From: Planctomycetota bacterium
GTDB taxonomy: Bacteria > Planctomycetota > MHYJ01 > WSZJ01
Assembly: GCA_038060895.1 (NCBI GenBank)
Contig: JBBTCT010000022.1
Location: forward strand, 229,301-293,300
Direction: 5' to 3'
Length of the DNA stretch: 64,000 bases
The translations under genes and the position numbers were made by a program. Numbering within the stretch: position 1 is the first letter of the stretch; each line of letters begins with the position of its first letter. Below are positions 1 to 8,385 of this stretch, piece by piece. Below the pieces are notes generated by a model. The model had not been told where the DNA came from. It saw nothing but the letters and a program-made list of their open reading frames with translations, and made no database searches.

Positions 1-1
1 C

Positions 2-286
2 CCCGAAAACCTCGGCAACCCCGTCGCCGCCGGCGTCCGCGTCCAGGGAGAACTCATGACGGACGGGACGCTCACCTGCCAGGGCGCAGGCGAAGTCCAC
101 AAGGCGTACACCGACTACGTGGAAGCGATGCGCGGCCAGGGCTGGGAGCCGCGCTCGGCCGACGGCGACGACGTCAGCAGCATGAAGTGTTCGCTGAAGA
201 AGGACACGCGGCAGGTGGACGTCGCGATCACCGCCGAGGGGAACGGGGCGATCAAGGTGGTCGTCACGGTGGGGACGGCGAAGTAG
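2..286 (+). CDS. hypothetical protein, C-terminal part (gene probably starts upstream of the window)
   Basis: Track ORF 56..286. The same frame has no stop back to nt 2, so the gene is probably cut by the window edge. No motif recognised. Confidence 0.4.
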   Translation, partial: PENLGNPVAAGVRVQGELMTDGTLTCQGAGEVHKAYTDYVEAMRGQGWEPRSADGDDVSSMKCSLKKDTRQVDVAITAEGNGAIKVVVTVGTAK

Positions 287-545
287 GCTCGACCTTTGCC
301 CTGAATCCTCGCCGCCCTCGCTATGGCCGCTTCGACCTGCTCCGCCGGCGAGTCTGAGAACGTGGTGCTCTGCGACTGCCAGTGGAAGAGCGAGGAGGTG
401 CGCGCGTGTTGGCGGCAATTGGATTTCGGAGGGAAATCGAGCGCCGATTCCAGAGCGGCAGCAAGCTGCGGATCGGCAATTCCTGAGCAGTTGGCCGGAA
501 GATGTTGGTCGCACTTCGATACTCGACCGATATCATCTAGAACTA

Positions 546-2369
546 ATGAGTTCTGCTTCCTGCGCTTGGCAAGGCTCTGTCTCTTCCTTCCTGGAAACTT
601 CGGAGGAACGCGTCCTTTCCGATCTCACCGCGTTTCTGCGCGAAACCGGCGCGCCTCAGATCCTCGCCTGGGATCGCTCTCTCCGCGTCTTGCGAGACCA
701 GCTCCATACGTGTATGCCCGACGCCTCGAACTTCGCACTCGTCCTCGAATTCGAACTTCCGCGAAGCGGTGGCAGGCGCCCGGACTTGATCGTTCTGGAG
801 AACGGCCTCGTCCTCGTCATCGAATTCAAGAATCGCGTAACTGCGGAAGCGGCGGACCTCGCCCAGGTGAAGGGGTACGTGCGCGACCTCGAGGACTACC
901 ACGCCGCTTGCCGCGGCAAGACGCTCGTTCCGATCCTCGTGCCGATCGGGATGGAAGGGGAGCCCGAGGAGCGTGACGGCGTGCGCGTCGTCCCGTCGCG
1001 TCTGTTAGGCAGGGTGATTCGCGAGATCTCCAAAGGCGGCGAGGGGAAGCGCGGCGACGGGGAAGCGTTCGTTCTGGCACCATTTGAGCCTCTCCCCGCT
1101 CTTGTCGACGCCGCACGCCTACTATTCGAGCGCAAGCCTCTCCCTCGTATCAGAGCTGCCGAATCGGCACGCATCCCGGCGACGGTGGCCCGCCTCGAGC
1201 GGCTCGCTCGAGAAGTGCGCGGCACCGGAAGGCGGTCGCTCGCGCTTGTCTCGGGAGTGCCGGGAAGTGGCAAGACGCTTGTGGGTCTTCAACTGGTGCA
1301 CTCGCGCGACCTCGGTGTCCCGGCGGTGTTCCTCTCCGGAAACGGGCCGCTCGTCAACGTTCTCCAGTACGTCCTGGAGAACAAAGAGTTCGTGCGCGAC
1401 ATGAAGAAATTCATTCACGACCACCTCGTGCGTACGACCTCGGCGCCGCGGGAACACGTCGTTGTGTTCGACGAAGCGCAGCGAGCGTGGGACCGAGACC
1501 GTGTGCTCAAGAAGCATCGCGGGGCACTGGCGGACGGCGAGCCGGCTCTTCTCGCGAGGATTGCGACCAAGGTGAGCGACGGATTTGTGCTTGTCGCCCT
1601 GATCGGGACAGGGCAGGAGATCCATGAGGGAGAAGAAGGCGGGATTGCCCAGTGGGTGGGCGCGCTGAAAGAGGTCGGCGGGTGGGATGTGCTTGGACCC
1701 CCCGGGTACCGGGAGGAATTCGTGAAGGCCGGAATCGAATACACGGCGGATGACCTGCTTCATCTCACGGTAGCGCTTCGGAGTCACAGGGCGTCCGACA
1801 CGGCTCTGTGGGCCGGGCTCCTTCTTGAAGGTCGCCTGACCGAAGCGGCGAGCGTCGCTGCCGGCATGCGCGACAACAATTTCGAGATTCTCGGTTCACG
1901 ATCGCTGAACGCTCTTCGCGACTATGCGCGTGAGCGATACAGCAATGAGTCCGGAAAGAGGTTTGGGCTGGTGACTTCGTCGAGATTCCGAAATATCGAC
2001 GAGTACGGAGTGCGAACGCCACCCGCGAAATTCTTTCCGCATGGGCCGTGGTATGAGAGCCATCGTGACGATCCGAAATCCTGTTGTCGCCTCGAGGTCG
2101 CCGAAACGGAATTTGGATGCCAAGGACTGGAGCTAGACTTTCCGATCGTCTGCTGGGGACCGGACCTTGTCTGGCGCGGAGCTCACTGGGAAGTGGTGAT
2201 CAAGCGACGGAATCCCGACGTAAGGAATCCGGCCAAGCTGAGGCTCAACGCATACCGAGTCCTCCTGACGCGCGGCCGAGACGGCATGGCCGTGTTTGTG
2301 CCTCCTGGCCAAGCCGGAGACGCAACCTGGAGTGCACTCTTGGCGGGCGGGATCCGCGAACTGGCTTAG
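546..2369 (+). CDS. DUF2075-type protein: PD-(D/E)xK-like nuclease N-domain + P-loop NTPase + SF1-helicase-like C-terminus
   Basis: 607-aa ORF. 'RRPDLIVLENGLVLVIEFK' gives a D..ExK pattern. Walker A is 'GVPGSGKT' and a Walker B-like motif is 'VVVFDEAQRAW'. The C-terminal 'NAYRVLLTRGRDGMAVFV' is typical of this family. Confidence 0.85.
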   Translation: MSSASCAWQGSVSSFLETSEERVLSDLTAFLRETGAPQILAWDRSLRVLRDQLHTCMPDASNFALVLEFELPRSGGRRPDLIVLENGLVLVIEFKNRVTAEAADLAQVKGYVRDLEDYHAACRGKTLVPILVPIGMEGEPEERDGVRVVPSRLLGRVIREISKGGEGKRGDGEAFVLAPFEPLPALVDAARLLFERKPLPRIRAAESARIPATVARLERLAREVRGTGRRSLALVSGVPGSGKTLVGLQLVHSRDLGVPAVFLSGNGPLVNVLQYVLENKEFVRDMKKFIHDHLVRTTSAPREHVVVFDEAQRAWDRDRVLKKHRGALADGEPALLARIATKVSDGFVLVALIGTGQEIHEGEEGGIAQWVGALKEVGGWDVLGPPGYREEFVKAGIEYTADDLLHLTVALRSHRASDTALWAGLLLEGRLTEAASVAAGMRDNNFEILGSRSLNALRDYARERYSNESGKRFGLVTSSRFRNIDEYGVRTPPAKFFPHGPWYESHRDDPKSCCRLEVAETEFGCQGLELDFPIVCWGPDLVWRGAHWEVVIKRRNPDVRNPAKLRLNAYRVLLTRGRDGMAVFVPPGQAGDATWSALLAGGIRELA

Positions 2370-2374
2370 CGTTT

Positions 2375-2749
2375 TCAACCACGTTTTACAGTTCTTGCCG
2401 TCCGGACCCTGTGGACGACGGGAGGGGGGTCCGTTTTCGTGGCGTCGACTTGCCTGAACCTGCGTCGATCTCCTTTCGATTTCCTAGCCCAACTTTCGTC
2501 GGTCACCGACCAGTCGCCGTAGTACATGCCGTCGTAGTAGAGCAGGCACTCGCACGTCACCTGCAGGTCGGCGCTTGCGCACTCGTCTGGCTGCCCCTCA
2601 CCGTCGAGAGGACAGCACTTCAGGTCGCCCGCGTATGTCGTGTGGACGTAAGAGAGCGGACCGAGAATCGGGCCCTGTTCGCCCCAATCGTTGAGTTCTG
2701 ACCGATCGGTGGTCTCGGTTCCATGGAAGAGTTCGAGGTAGACGGGCAT
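2375..2749 (-). CDS. hypothetical small protein (Cys/Tyr/Trp-rich)
   Basis: 124-aa ORF 'MPVYLELFHGTETTDRSELNDWGEQGPILGPLSYVHTTYAG...'. Its composition is unlike the Arg/Pro-rich artefact ORFs. It is convergent with the DUF2075 gene. Confidence 0.5.
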   Translation of the reverse strand: MPVYLELFHGTETTDRSELNDWGEQGPILGPLSYVHTTYAGDLKCCPLDGEGQPDECASADLQVTCECLLYYDGMYYGDWSVTDESWARKSKGDRRRFRQVDATKTDPPPVVHRVRTARTVKRG

Positions 2750-2992
2750 GGAACCTCCTTGATCCGTGTGAGTTCAGAATTCCAATCGTGTGACATTGAT
2801 ACGTCCCGATCGAAAAACTCCTGGAGGAATTCCCAGGAATTCGGACAAGGTTCCACCGCGCCTGCCACCTCCTAGAACTCCTCAATGTGATTCCCCGTCC
2901 TCTTCCGCTTCACCCGGTCGAACTCCTTCACCGTCTTCGGGGATGAGGTCGAGGAACGCTTCCGATGCCACGACCTCGCGAGGCCGGGAGGA

Positions 2993-3811
2993 GTGGCGGG
3001 TTATCCTGCAACTATGCGAGCGCCGGCCCACTACGAATACACCGGCCTCATGGCCCAATCCTGGGACCTTCTCCGCGGCGACACTTCCGCCTGGCCCGAC
3101 CGTGCGTTCTACCTCGAGGTCATCCGCCGGCACGGGCAGCCGGTGCTGGATGTCGGGTGCGGGACGGGGCGGCTGCTGCTGGATTTTCTCGCGCAAGGGA
3201 TCGACGTGGACGGGGTGGACAACTCACCGGAGATGCTGGCGTTGTTGCGGGAGAAAGCTCGGGTGGCGGGACTGCAACCGCGCGTCTACGAGCAGCCGAT
3301 GGAAGCGCTCTCGCTGCCGCGGCGCTACCGGACGATTCTCATTCCGTCGAGCTCGCTTCAGCTGGTCACGGACGTCGCGGCGGCCGGAGCGGCGCTGCGC
3401 GGGATGCGGTCGCTTCTCCCGGAAGGCGGCGTCCTGGTCGCGCCGTTCATGACGCTCTGGCACGAAGGCCAGCCGCTGGAGTCGGGGCGCGAGACGAGGG
3501 CGGTGCGGCCGGCGGACGGGGCGGTTTTCCGGCGGATCGAGAAGTGCCGCTTCGACCCGGCGAATGGATGCGAGCACACGGAGGACCGGTATGAGGTGAT
3601 CGTGGACGGCCGCGTGGTCGGGGAGGAGACGCACCGGCGGTCGCCGGCGACGCGGTCGTACACGCAGGAGGAGGCGCGGCGGCTGTTTCTGGAAGCGGGG
3701 TTCGCGGAGGTGACGGTGACCAGCGGGTTCAGGTTGGTCGCCGCGAAGGCGGACGACCTGTTGTTCTGCGTGACCGCGCTGGATTCGAGGGCCCGTCCCG
3801 GGATAAGCTGA
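2993..3811 (+). CDS. class I SAM-dependent methyltransferase
   Basis: Motif I is 'VLDVGCGTGRLLLDF', followed by 'GVDNSPEML'. The start is either GTG 2993 or ATG 3014. Confidence 0.85.
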   Translation: MAGYPATMRAPAHYEYTGLMAQSWDLLRGDTSAWPDRAFYLEVIRRHGQPVLDVGCGTGRLLLDFLAQGIDVDGVDNSPEMLALLREKARVAGLQPRVYEQPMEALSLPRRYRTILIPSSSLQLVTDVAAAGAALRGMRSLLPEGGVLVAPFMTLWHEGQPLESGRETRAVRPADGAVFRRIEKCRFDPANGCEHTEDRYEVIVDGRVVGEETHRRSPATRSYTQEEARRLFLEAGFAEVTVTSGFRLVAAKADDLLFCVTALDSRARPGIS

Positions 3812-3815
3812 ATCC

Positions 3816-4094
3816 ATGTCAACGCTTCCCGACCACGGCGACTTCTTCGTCAAAACCACGCTCAACGAAGACCTCAAGGCGATTCGCCAGGCCACCGAGA
3901 TGGCGAAGCAGAACCCCTCGAAGCCGGGGCACTACTGGCTGCGGGCGGTGATCAAGGGGGACGGGCCGGAAGGGAAGTTCGAGGTGATCAAGATGTATCA
4001 CGTGGACCTGAACGCGGGGATCGTGGAGATCACGGAGACGATGGAAGGCGAAGAGCGGGCGCGGCGGACGCGCAAGCTGGACGATCTGGGGTAG
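3816..4094 (+). CDS. hypothetical protein
   Basis: 92-aa ORF beginning 5 nt after the methyltransferase stop. Normal amino-acid composition (Lys/Glu-rich). No motif recognised. Confidence 0.55.
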   Translation: MSTLPDHGDFFVKTTLNEDLKAIRQATEMAKQNPSKPGHYWLRAVIKGDGPEGKFEVIKMYHVDLNAGIVEITETMEGEERARRTRKLDDLG

Positions 4095-4120
4095 GCTCGT
4101 TTGCGGCGAGGGTCGAAACG

Positions 4121-4189
4121 ATGGGCTATGACGAAAAGCTGGCCGGCCGGATTGCCGGGAAGCTCGACGGGAAGAAGCCTCGGAAGTGA
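4121..4189 (+). pseudogene. possible TfoX-N-like gene stub (22 codons)
   Basis: The stub reads 'MGYDEKLAGRIAGKLDGKKPRK*'. It resembles the first ~15 residues of TfoX/Sxy N-domain proteins (MAYDEELAERIR..) and then stops. Confidence 0.25.
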
Positions 4190-4242
4190 GCGGCCCGCGG
4201 AACCGATCAGGCTTTCGCCGCACGAGCCGCTAACATGAGGGC

Positions 4243-5214
4243 ATGATCCGACTTGCCGCTCTCCTTCTGCCGTTCCTGGCCGGCGTTTCCGCGGCCCAGT
4301 CGCCGGCGACGCAGGTCACTTTCGAGCTGAACGACGCGTTCGTGAAAGGAAAGGCGCTGGAAGGGGTGGAGGTTTCGCTTCAGCGAAGCCCTGAAGGTCC
4401 TGTCGAGCACTCGGGGTTCACGGGCGCGGGCGGTCGCCTGGTGATCATCGTGGAGCCTGGGAAGTGGCTCGTGTCGTACCGGCTGCGCGGATACGTGCCG
4501 GTCGTGCGGAGCGAGACGGACTTTGTCCGCGGTGCGGCGATCGTGACGACGAGCCTGTCGATGAACCTTGAGAGCGAAGGGAGCGACGGCGGCCGCCGGG
4601 TCCGGATGATCCTGAACTGGGGATCCGGCGCTGACCAGGTCCGCGACCTGGATGCGCACGCGCTGTGTGTGTGCGTGCCGGCCAATCCGCACATCTACTA
4701 CCAGGCGAGGATGCACGAGGCCGGTGCGCACGAGGTGTCGCTGGATGTCGACGACCGGGACGGGGGCGGGCCGGAGACGATCACGCTACGGGATCCCACG
4801 CCGGGACAATATCGGTACTTCGTGCACAACTTCAGCGGCGCGCCGGCGCGGCTCGGCGCTTCGGACGCCGTCGTGCGCGTCCTCTCGGGGGACGAACTGA
4901 TCGGGGAATTCCGCGTGCCGCCCGACGTCGCGGAGCGGGTGTGGCGGCCGTTCAAGGCGATCGAAGTGACGCCCGAGGGAAAAGTCTGGATCGTGCCGTT
5001 CGCGGAGTCCGAACTGAAGCGCGCCGAGGACCGGCGGGCACCTGTCGGGACGTCGACGTTCCGGGAACCGGCGGATGAGGAAGGGGCGCCGGTGCGTGCC
5101 GCCGCGCCGGCGAAGAAGGACAACTCCTCTTCCTTCGGGGTCCCGATCGCCGTACTGGTTGTCGTCCTCATCATCCTGGCCGAATTGTTTTTGCGCCGCA
5201 GGCGCGCTTCCTGA
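4243..5214 (+). CDS. secreted, C-terminally membrane-anchored protein with carboxypeptidase-regulatory-like beta-sandwich region
   Basis: Signal peptide 'MIRLAALLLPFLAGVSAAQS'. C-terminal TM segment plus basic stop-transfer 'IAVLVVVLIILAELFLRRRRAS'. Beta-rich middle region. Confidence 0.75.
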   Translation: MIRLAALLLPFLAGVSAAQSPATQVTFELNDAFVKGKALEGVEVSLQRSPEGPVEHSGFTGAGGRLVIIVEPGKWLVSYRLRGYVPVVRSETDFVRGAAIVTTSLSMNLESEGSDGGRRVRMILNWGSGADQVRDLDAHALCVCVPANPHIYYQARMHEAGAHEVSLDVDDRDGGGPETITLRDPTPGQYRYFVHNFSGAPARLGASDAVVRVLSGDELIGEFRVPPDVAERVWRPFKAIEVTPEGKVWIVPFAESELKRAEDRRAPVGTSTFREPADEEGAPVRAAAPAKKDNSSSFGVPIAVLVVVLIILAELFLRRRRAS

Positions 5215-5269
5215 CCGGCGACGAGGTTTCCCGGGACCTTCCGGCGGCCTCCCGGCGCCGACGCGTCGC

Positions 5270-5750
5270 AGGTGAGCGTGCTGCTCACGCTCGGCGGCGT
5301 GGTCGACGAGGTCCTGAAGTAGCCGCGCGCCGACTTCAGGCGCGCACCACGCTTCGAGTACCTGCGAGCCGAGTTCCTTCTGGTCACGGCCGATTTTCTC
5401 CAGCGTCGTCGAGCGCAGCCGCCGGCGAGTGCGTGGCCGTTGATGGCGGCGACGAGGGGTTTGGGGAACGTGAAAGCGGCGCGGAGCGCGTCGTGAAGTG
5501 CCGGGATCAGATCGCGGATGTACGTGGGCCCGCCGTCGGCGAGTTGTTTGATGTCGAGCCCGGCGGAGAATATCGGGCCGTCTGCGGCGAGGACCACGGC
5601 GCGCGACCCGGATTTCGCCTCGCTCGCGAACGCCGCTTCCAGCTCGCGCAGCAGTCCGACGTCCATCGCGTTCGCCTTGCCCTGTCGGAGGCGCAGGATC
5701 GTGATCGCACTGCGGGATTCGGTGGCGAGCATGGAGGTCCATGGAACCAT
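5270..5750 (-). pseudogene. enoyl-CoA hydratase/isomerase (crotonase) remnant with internal deletion and frameshift
   Basis: The N-terminal ~105 aa are intact: 'MLATESRSAITILRLRQGKANAMD...VVLAADGPIFSAGLDI...KPLVAAINGHALAGGC'. The frame then turns to junk. A crotonase-like C-terminal piece 'LEKIGRDQKELGSQVLEAWCAPEVGARLLQDLV' follows in another frame. The oxyanion-hole and catalytic middle is missing. Confidence 0.7.
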
Positions 5751-5816
5751 GCCCGCGGCCGGGGCGCACGCCGTTCGGAATTCTGCGAAATTCCGCTTGA
5801 CATGAAATGAATTATA

Positions 5817-6965
5817 ATGGATCATAATGACATGAAACGATATGAGACGGACTTCGACGCCGCCCTGGCGTTCCTCCAGGTCAGCCGCTCCACCCTGAAC
5901 CGCTGGGTCCACGACGGCAAACTCCCCGCCCGAAAGGTCGGCGGCCAGTGGCGCTTCTCCGAAGAAGACCTCACCAGACTCCGCGACGGATCCGGGGAGC
6001 CCGCCCCGCTCGTCCGCGCTCGAGAAGAGCTGAAGACTTTCCTCGAATCCTCACGGGCCAACCGAAAGGGACCGAAAAACATGAACGCCATCGACACGAA
6101 ATCGCAGCCGCTCGCCGAAGCCCTGGTCTGGGAAGCGCACGACCGCAAGGCCTCCGAGCTGCACCTCCAGCCGAGGAAGGACGGCGTCCACATCTCCGTG
6201 GGCAAAGAAGCGCGGCTCGAGACGATCCGCGTCATTCCGGCGGACCTCGCGCGCGAACTCGAGCAGGCATGGGAAGAAATCGGGCTGCCGTTCGGCGACT
6301 CGGGCATCCGCCGGATCTTCCTCAGTCGCGCCGGGGACCAGGCCGTGAACGAAGTCTCCGTGCTACTCCAGGCCATCGACACCCTCCAGGGGCGCCGCGT
6401 CACGCTACGCTTCATGGGCGGCGGCCGCATCGCCGACCTCGATACCGTCGCGCCGAAAGCCGACGACCGCGCCGTCTTCGAGCGCTGGCTCAAGCGCCCC
6501 AACGGGATCATTCTCTTCTCGGGCCCGACCGGCTCCGGCAAGACGACGACGCTCCTCTCCTGCCTTCAGCATCTCGCGAAGGACGCCGGGCTGGCCGTCT
6601 TCAGCCTCGAGTACCCCGCTTATGTCCGCGTCGATGGCGTCGACCAGGTTGAGGTTCCGAGCGAAGACGGCCCGGTCGTCAAGGCCGCGCTCGAGCGCAT
6701 CATGAGGATGTATCCCAACGCGATCGGAATCTGCGTCGAGACCGAAGAAGCCGCCGCGGCCGCGCTGAACATGGCGATCACGGGGCATCTCGTGCTGATG
6801 CAGGTGCATGCAGAAGAGCACGAGGCGGCGGTGAAGCGCCTCGAGCAGCTCGCAGGCAGGCCGGTCGCGCCGTCCGTGATCGGGGTGATCTCGCAGCGGC
6901 TCAAGCGCGGCGACGCGGGCGGGAAGGTGGCTGAGTACCGCTTCTGGGAGCCTGGCGGGAGATAG
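5817..6965 (+). CDS. excisionase/MerR-type HTH fused to a GspE/PilB-like secretion ATPase core
   Basis: HTH is 'FLQVSRSTLNRWVHDGKLPARKVGGQWRFSEEDL'. Walker A is 'GPTGSGKTTT'. His-box-like motif is 'ITGHLVLMQVHA'. An alternative start is ATG 5832. Confidence 0.85.
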   Translation: MDHNDMKRYETDFDAALAFLQVSRSTLNRWVHDGKLPARKVGGQWRFSEEDLTRLRDGSGEPAPLVRAREELKTFLESSRANRKGPKNMNAIDTKSQPLAEALVWEAHDRKASELHLQPRKDGVHISVGKEARLETIRVIPADLARELEQAWEEIGLPFGDSGIRRIFLSRAGDQAVNEVSVLLQAIDTLQGRRVTLRFMGGGRIADLDTVAPKADDRAVFERWLKRPNGIILFSGPTGSGKTTTLLSCLQHLAKDAGLAVFSLEYPAYVRVDGVDQVEVPSEDGPVVKAALERIMRMYPNAIGICVETEEAAAAALNMAITGHLVLMQVHAEEHEAAVKRLEQLAGRPVAPSVIGVISQRLKRGDAGGKVAEYRFWEPGGR

Positions 6966-6987
6966 GCTCCCGCGCGACGGCGGCCCG

Positions 6988-8313
6988 TTGCGTAAGATGC
7001 CGGGGATGCCTCTGCTTCGCCGCCCGGGCTGGATCTGCGCCGCCGTCGCGCTCGCTTGCCTTGCCGGATGCGGGCAGAAAAAGCCGGCCGCATCCCGAAC
7101 TTCTTCGCCGGCGCCTCAGGAAATCACCGAACTCGACGCGGGGGAGCTCTTCACGAAGCTTCTTCCCGAAGGACTCCAGGCGCGCGTCACCCGCCGCGAG
7201 TACGCAGGCTACCGCGAGGGAGGCGTCTTCGTCATCGACGGCGACTACCAGTTCTTCCTCACCGTCATCAACAGCACGGCCGCGCCGGCGCGTGCGACGT
7301 GCCCGAAGTACCTGCTCGGCAAGGGCGAGGGGTGGAGGAACCCCAATCCGGGCGAAGGGCGGGAGCCGGAGTTCCTCTATTTCATGGTCGTCCGCGACCG
7401 GGAACTGCGGATCCCCGCGGGACAGGAGACGCGCGTTGAGCTCCGTGAAGCGCATTACCTGGGCAACGTAAACCGACCGCCCTATTTCGGGCCGGGGACG
7501 GAGCCGGAGCTGCGGATCTCGGTGCCGGCTGCGGATTCGCAGTATGTCAGAGCCGCTGAAGCGCTCGAAGCCCTGAAACCGTCGCTGGCGCCCTGGTTCC
7601 CGGGCCTCGCTTTCAGCCTCATTTCCGACGCGTCCCCCGACGAGATCCAGCGCAAGCGAATCCTGGCGTGGGAGTGGGTCGGGCTGAAGAGGCTTCGCGA
7701 GGCGCTGGAAGGGGCCGGTGTCCGGCCGCGGCAGGCATCGTCCTTCGAGGAGGCCGCGAAAAAGCGCGAGGGCATTCTCGGGAAGCTGCGCGCGGCCGTT
7801 GACGCCGCCGAGGCGATCCGCGCGGTGGACGAGCGATCGTGCGCCGGCGACGTCGAGGTCGCCGTCGCGGTCGCAGCTTTCCTCAAGCCGGAAGCCGACC
7901 GGACGGAGAAGTCACCGCTTCCCCTGGTCCTGGGCCGCCTCAAGGTCCGCGACCCCCGCATTCTCGACCGGCTCTTCGAATTCGCCCTGCGCGACGGCCA
8001 CGAATTCAGCCGCGTGCAGGCGGCCATGGAGGGAGCGAAGCTCGGCGACCCCCGGTGCATTCCGCTGCTCGTGCAGTACAGCCGGAACCCGGCCATGGCC
8101 GATGGCGACGTGGCGAAACTGGCCCAGGAATGCACCGGCACGCTGGTCGAGTTGTGGGAAGCGCAGGGAAAGTTCGCGCGGGGAGGGAAATGGAAAGAAG
8201 CCATCGACCGCTTCGGCGGCCTGGATGCCCCCGATCTGGCGGCCGTCCCGCAGGGGCAGCTCGCCGAGCTCAGGACCTTCCTCGAGTCCGGAAAAAACCT
8301 CCGCAGGAAATAG
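6988..8313 (+). CDS. lipoprotein, helical-repeat (HEAT-like) C-terminal half
   Basis: Lipobox 'LACLAGCGQ'. Helical repeats near 'PLLVQYSRNPAMADGDVAKLA'. The start is probably ATG 7006 (see the leaderless finding). Confidence 0.7.
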   Translation: MRKMPGMPLLRRPGWICAAVALACLAGCGQKKPAASRTSSPAPQEITELDAGELFTKLLPEGLQARVTRREYAGYREGGVFVIDGDYQFFLTVINSTAAPARATCPKYLLGKGEGWRNPNPGEGREPEFLYFMVVRDRELRIPAGQETRVELREAHYLGNVNRPPYFGPGTEPELRISVPAADSQYVRAAEALEALKPSLAPWFPGLAFSLISDASPDEIQRKRILAWEWVGLKRLREALEGAGVRPRQASSFEEAAKKREGILGKLRAAVDAAEAIRAVDERSCAGDVEVAVAVAAFLKPEADRTEKSPLPLVLGRLKVRDPRILDRLFEFALRDGHEFSRVQAAMEGAKLGDPRCIPLLVQYSRNPAMADGDVAKLAQECTGTLVELWEAQGKFARGGKWKEAIDRFGGLDAPDLAAVPQGQLAELRTFLESGKNLRRK

Positions 8314-8385
8314 CCGCCCCGTCCGTGGCTACAATGCCCGTGTCCTTTCGCCGTTCCGTGGAATCGCGGTCGCAGGGGGTGCGGC

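Noticed and set aside
5797-5828. Sigma-70 promoter TTGACA with TATAAT/CATAAT upstream of the HTH-ATPase gene.
   Set aside because: The spacers are 10 nt (to TATAAT 5813) or 20 nt (to CATAAT 5823), both outside the functional 16-18-nt range. The AT-rich repeat ATTATAATGG/ATCATAATGA is noted, but no promoter call is made.
4698-5912. 404-aa minus-strand ORF that could be read as one gene.
   Set aside because: Only residues ~61-165 look like a real protein (the crotonase N-terminus). The rest is out-of-frame junk and the antisense strand of gene 4243-5214. It is treated as a pseudogene remnant instead.
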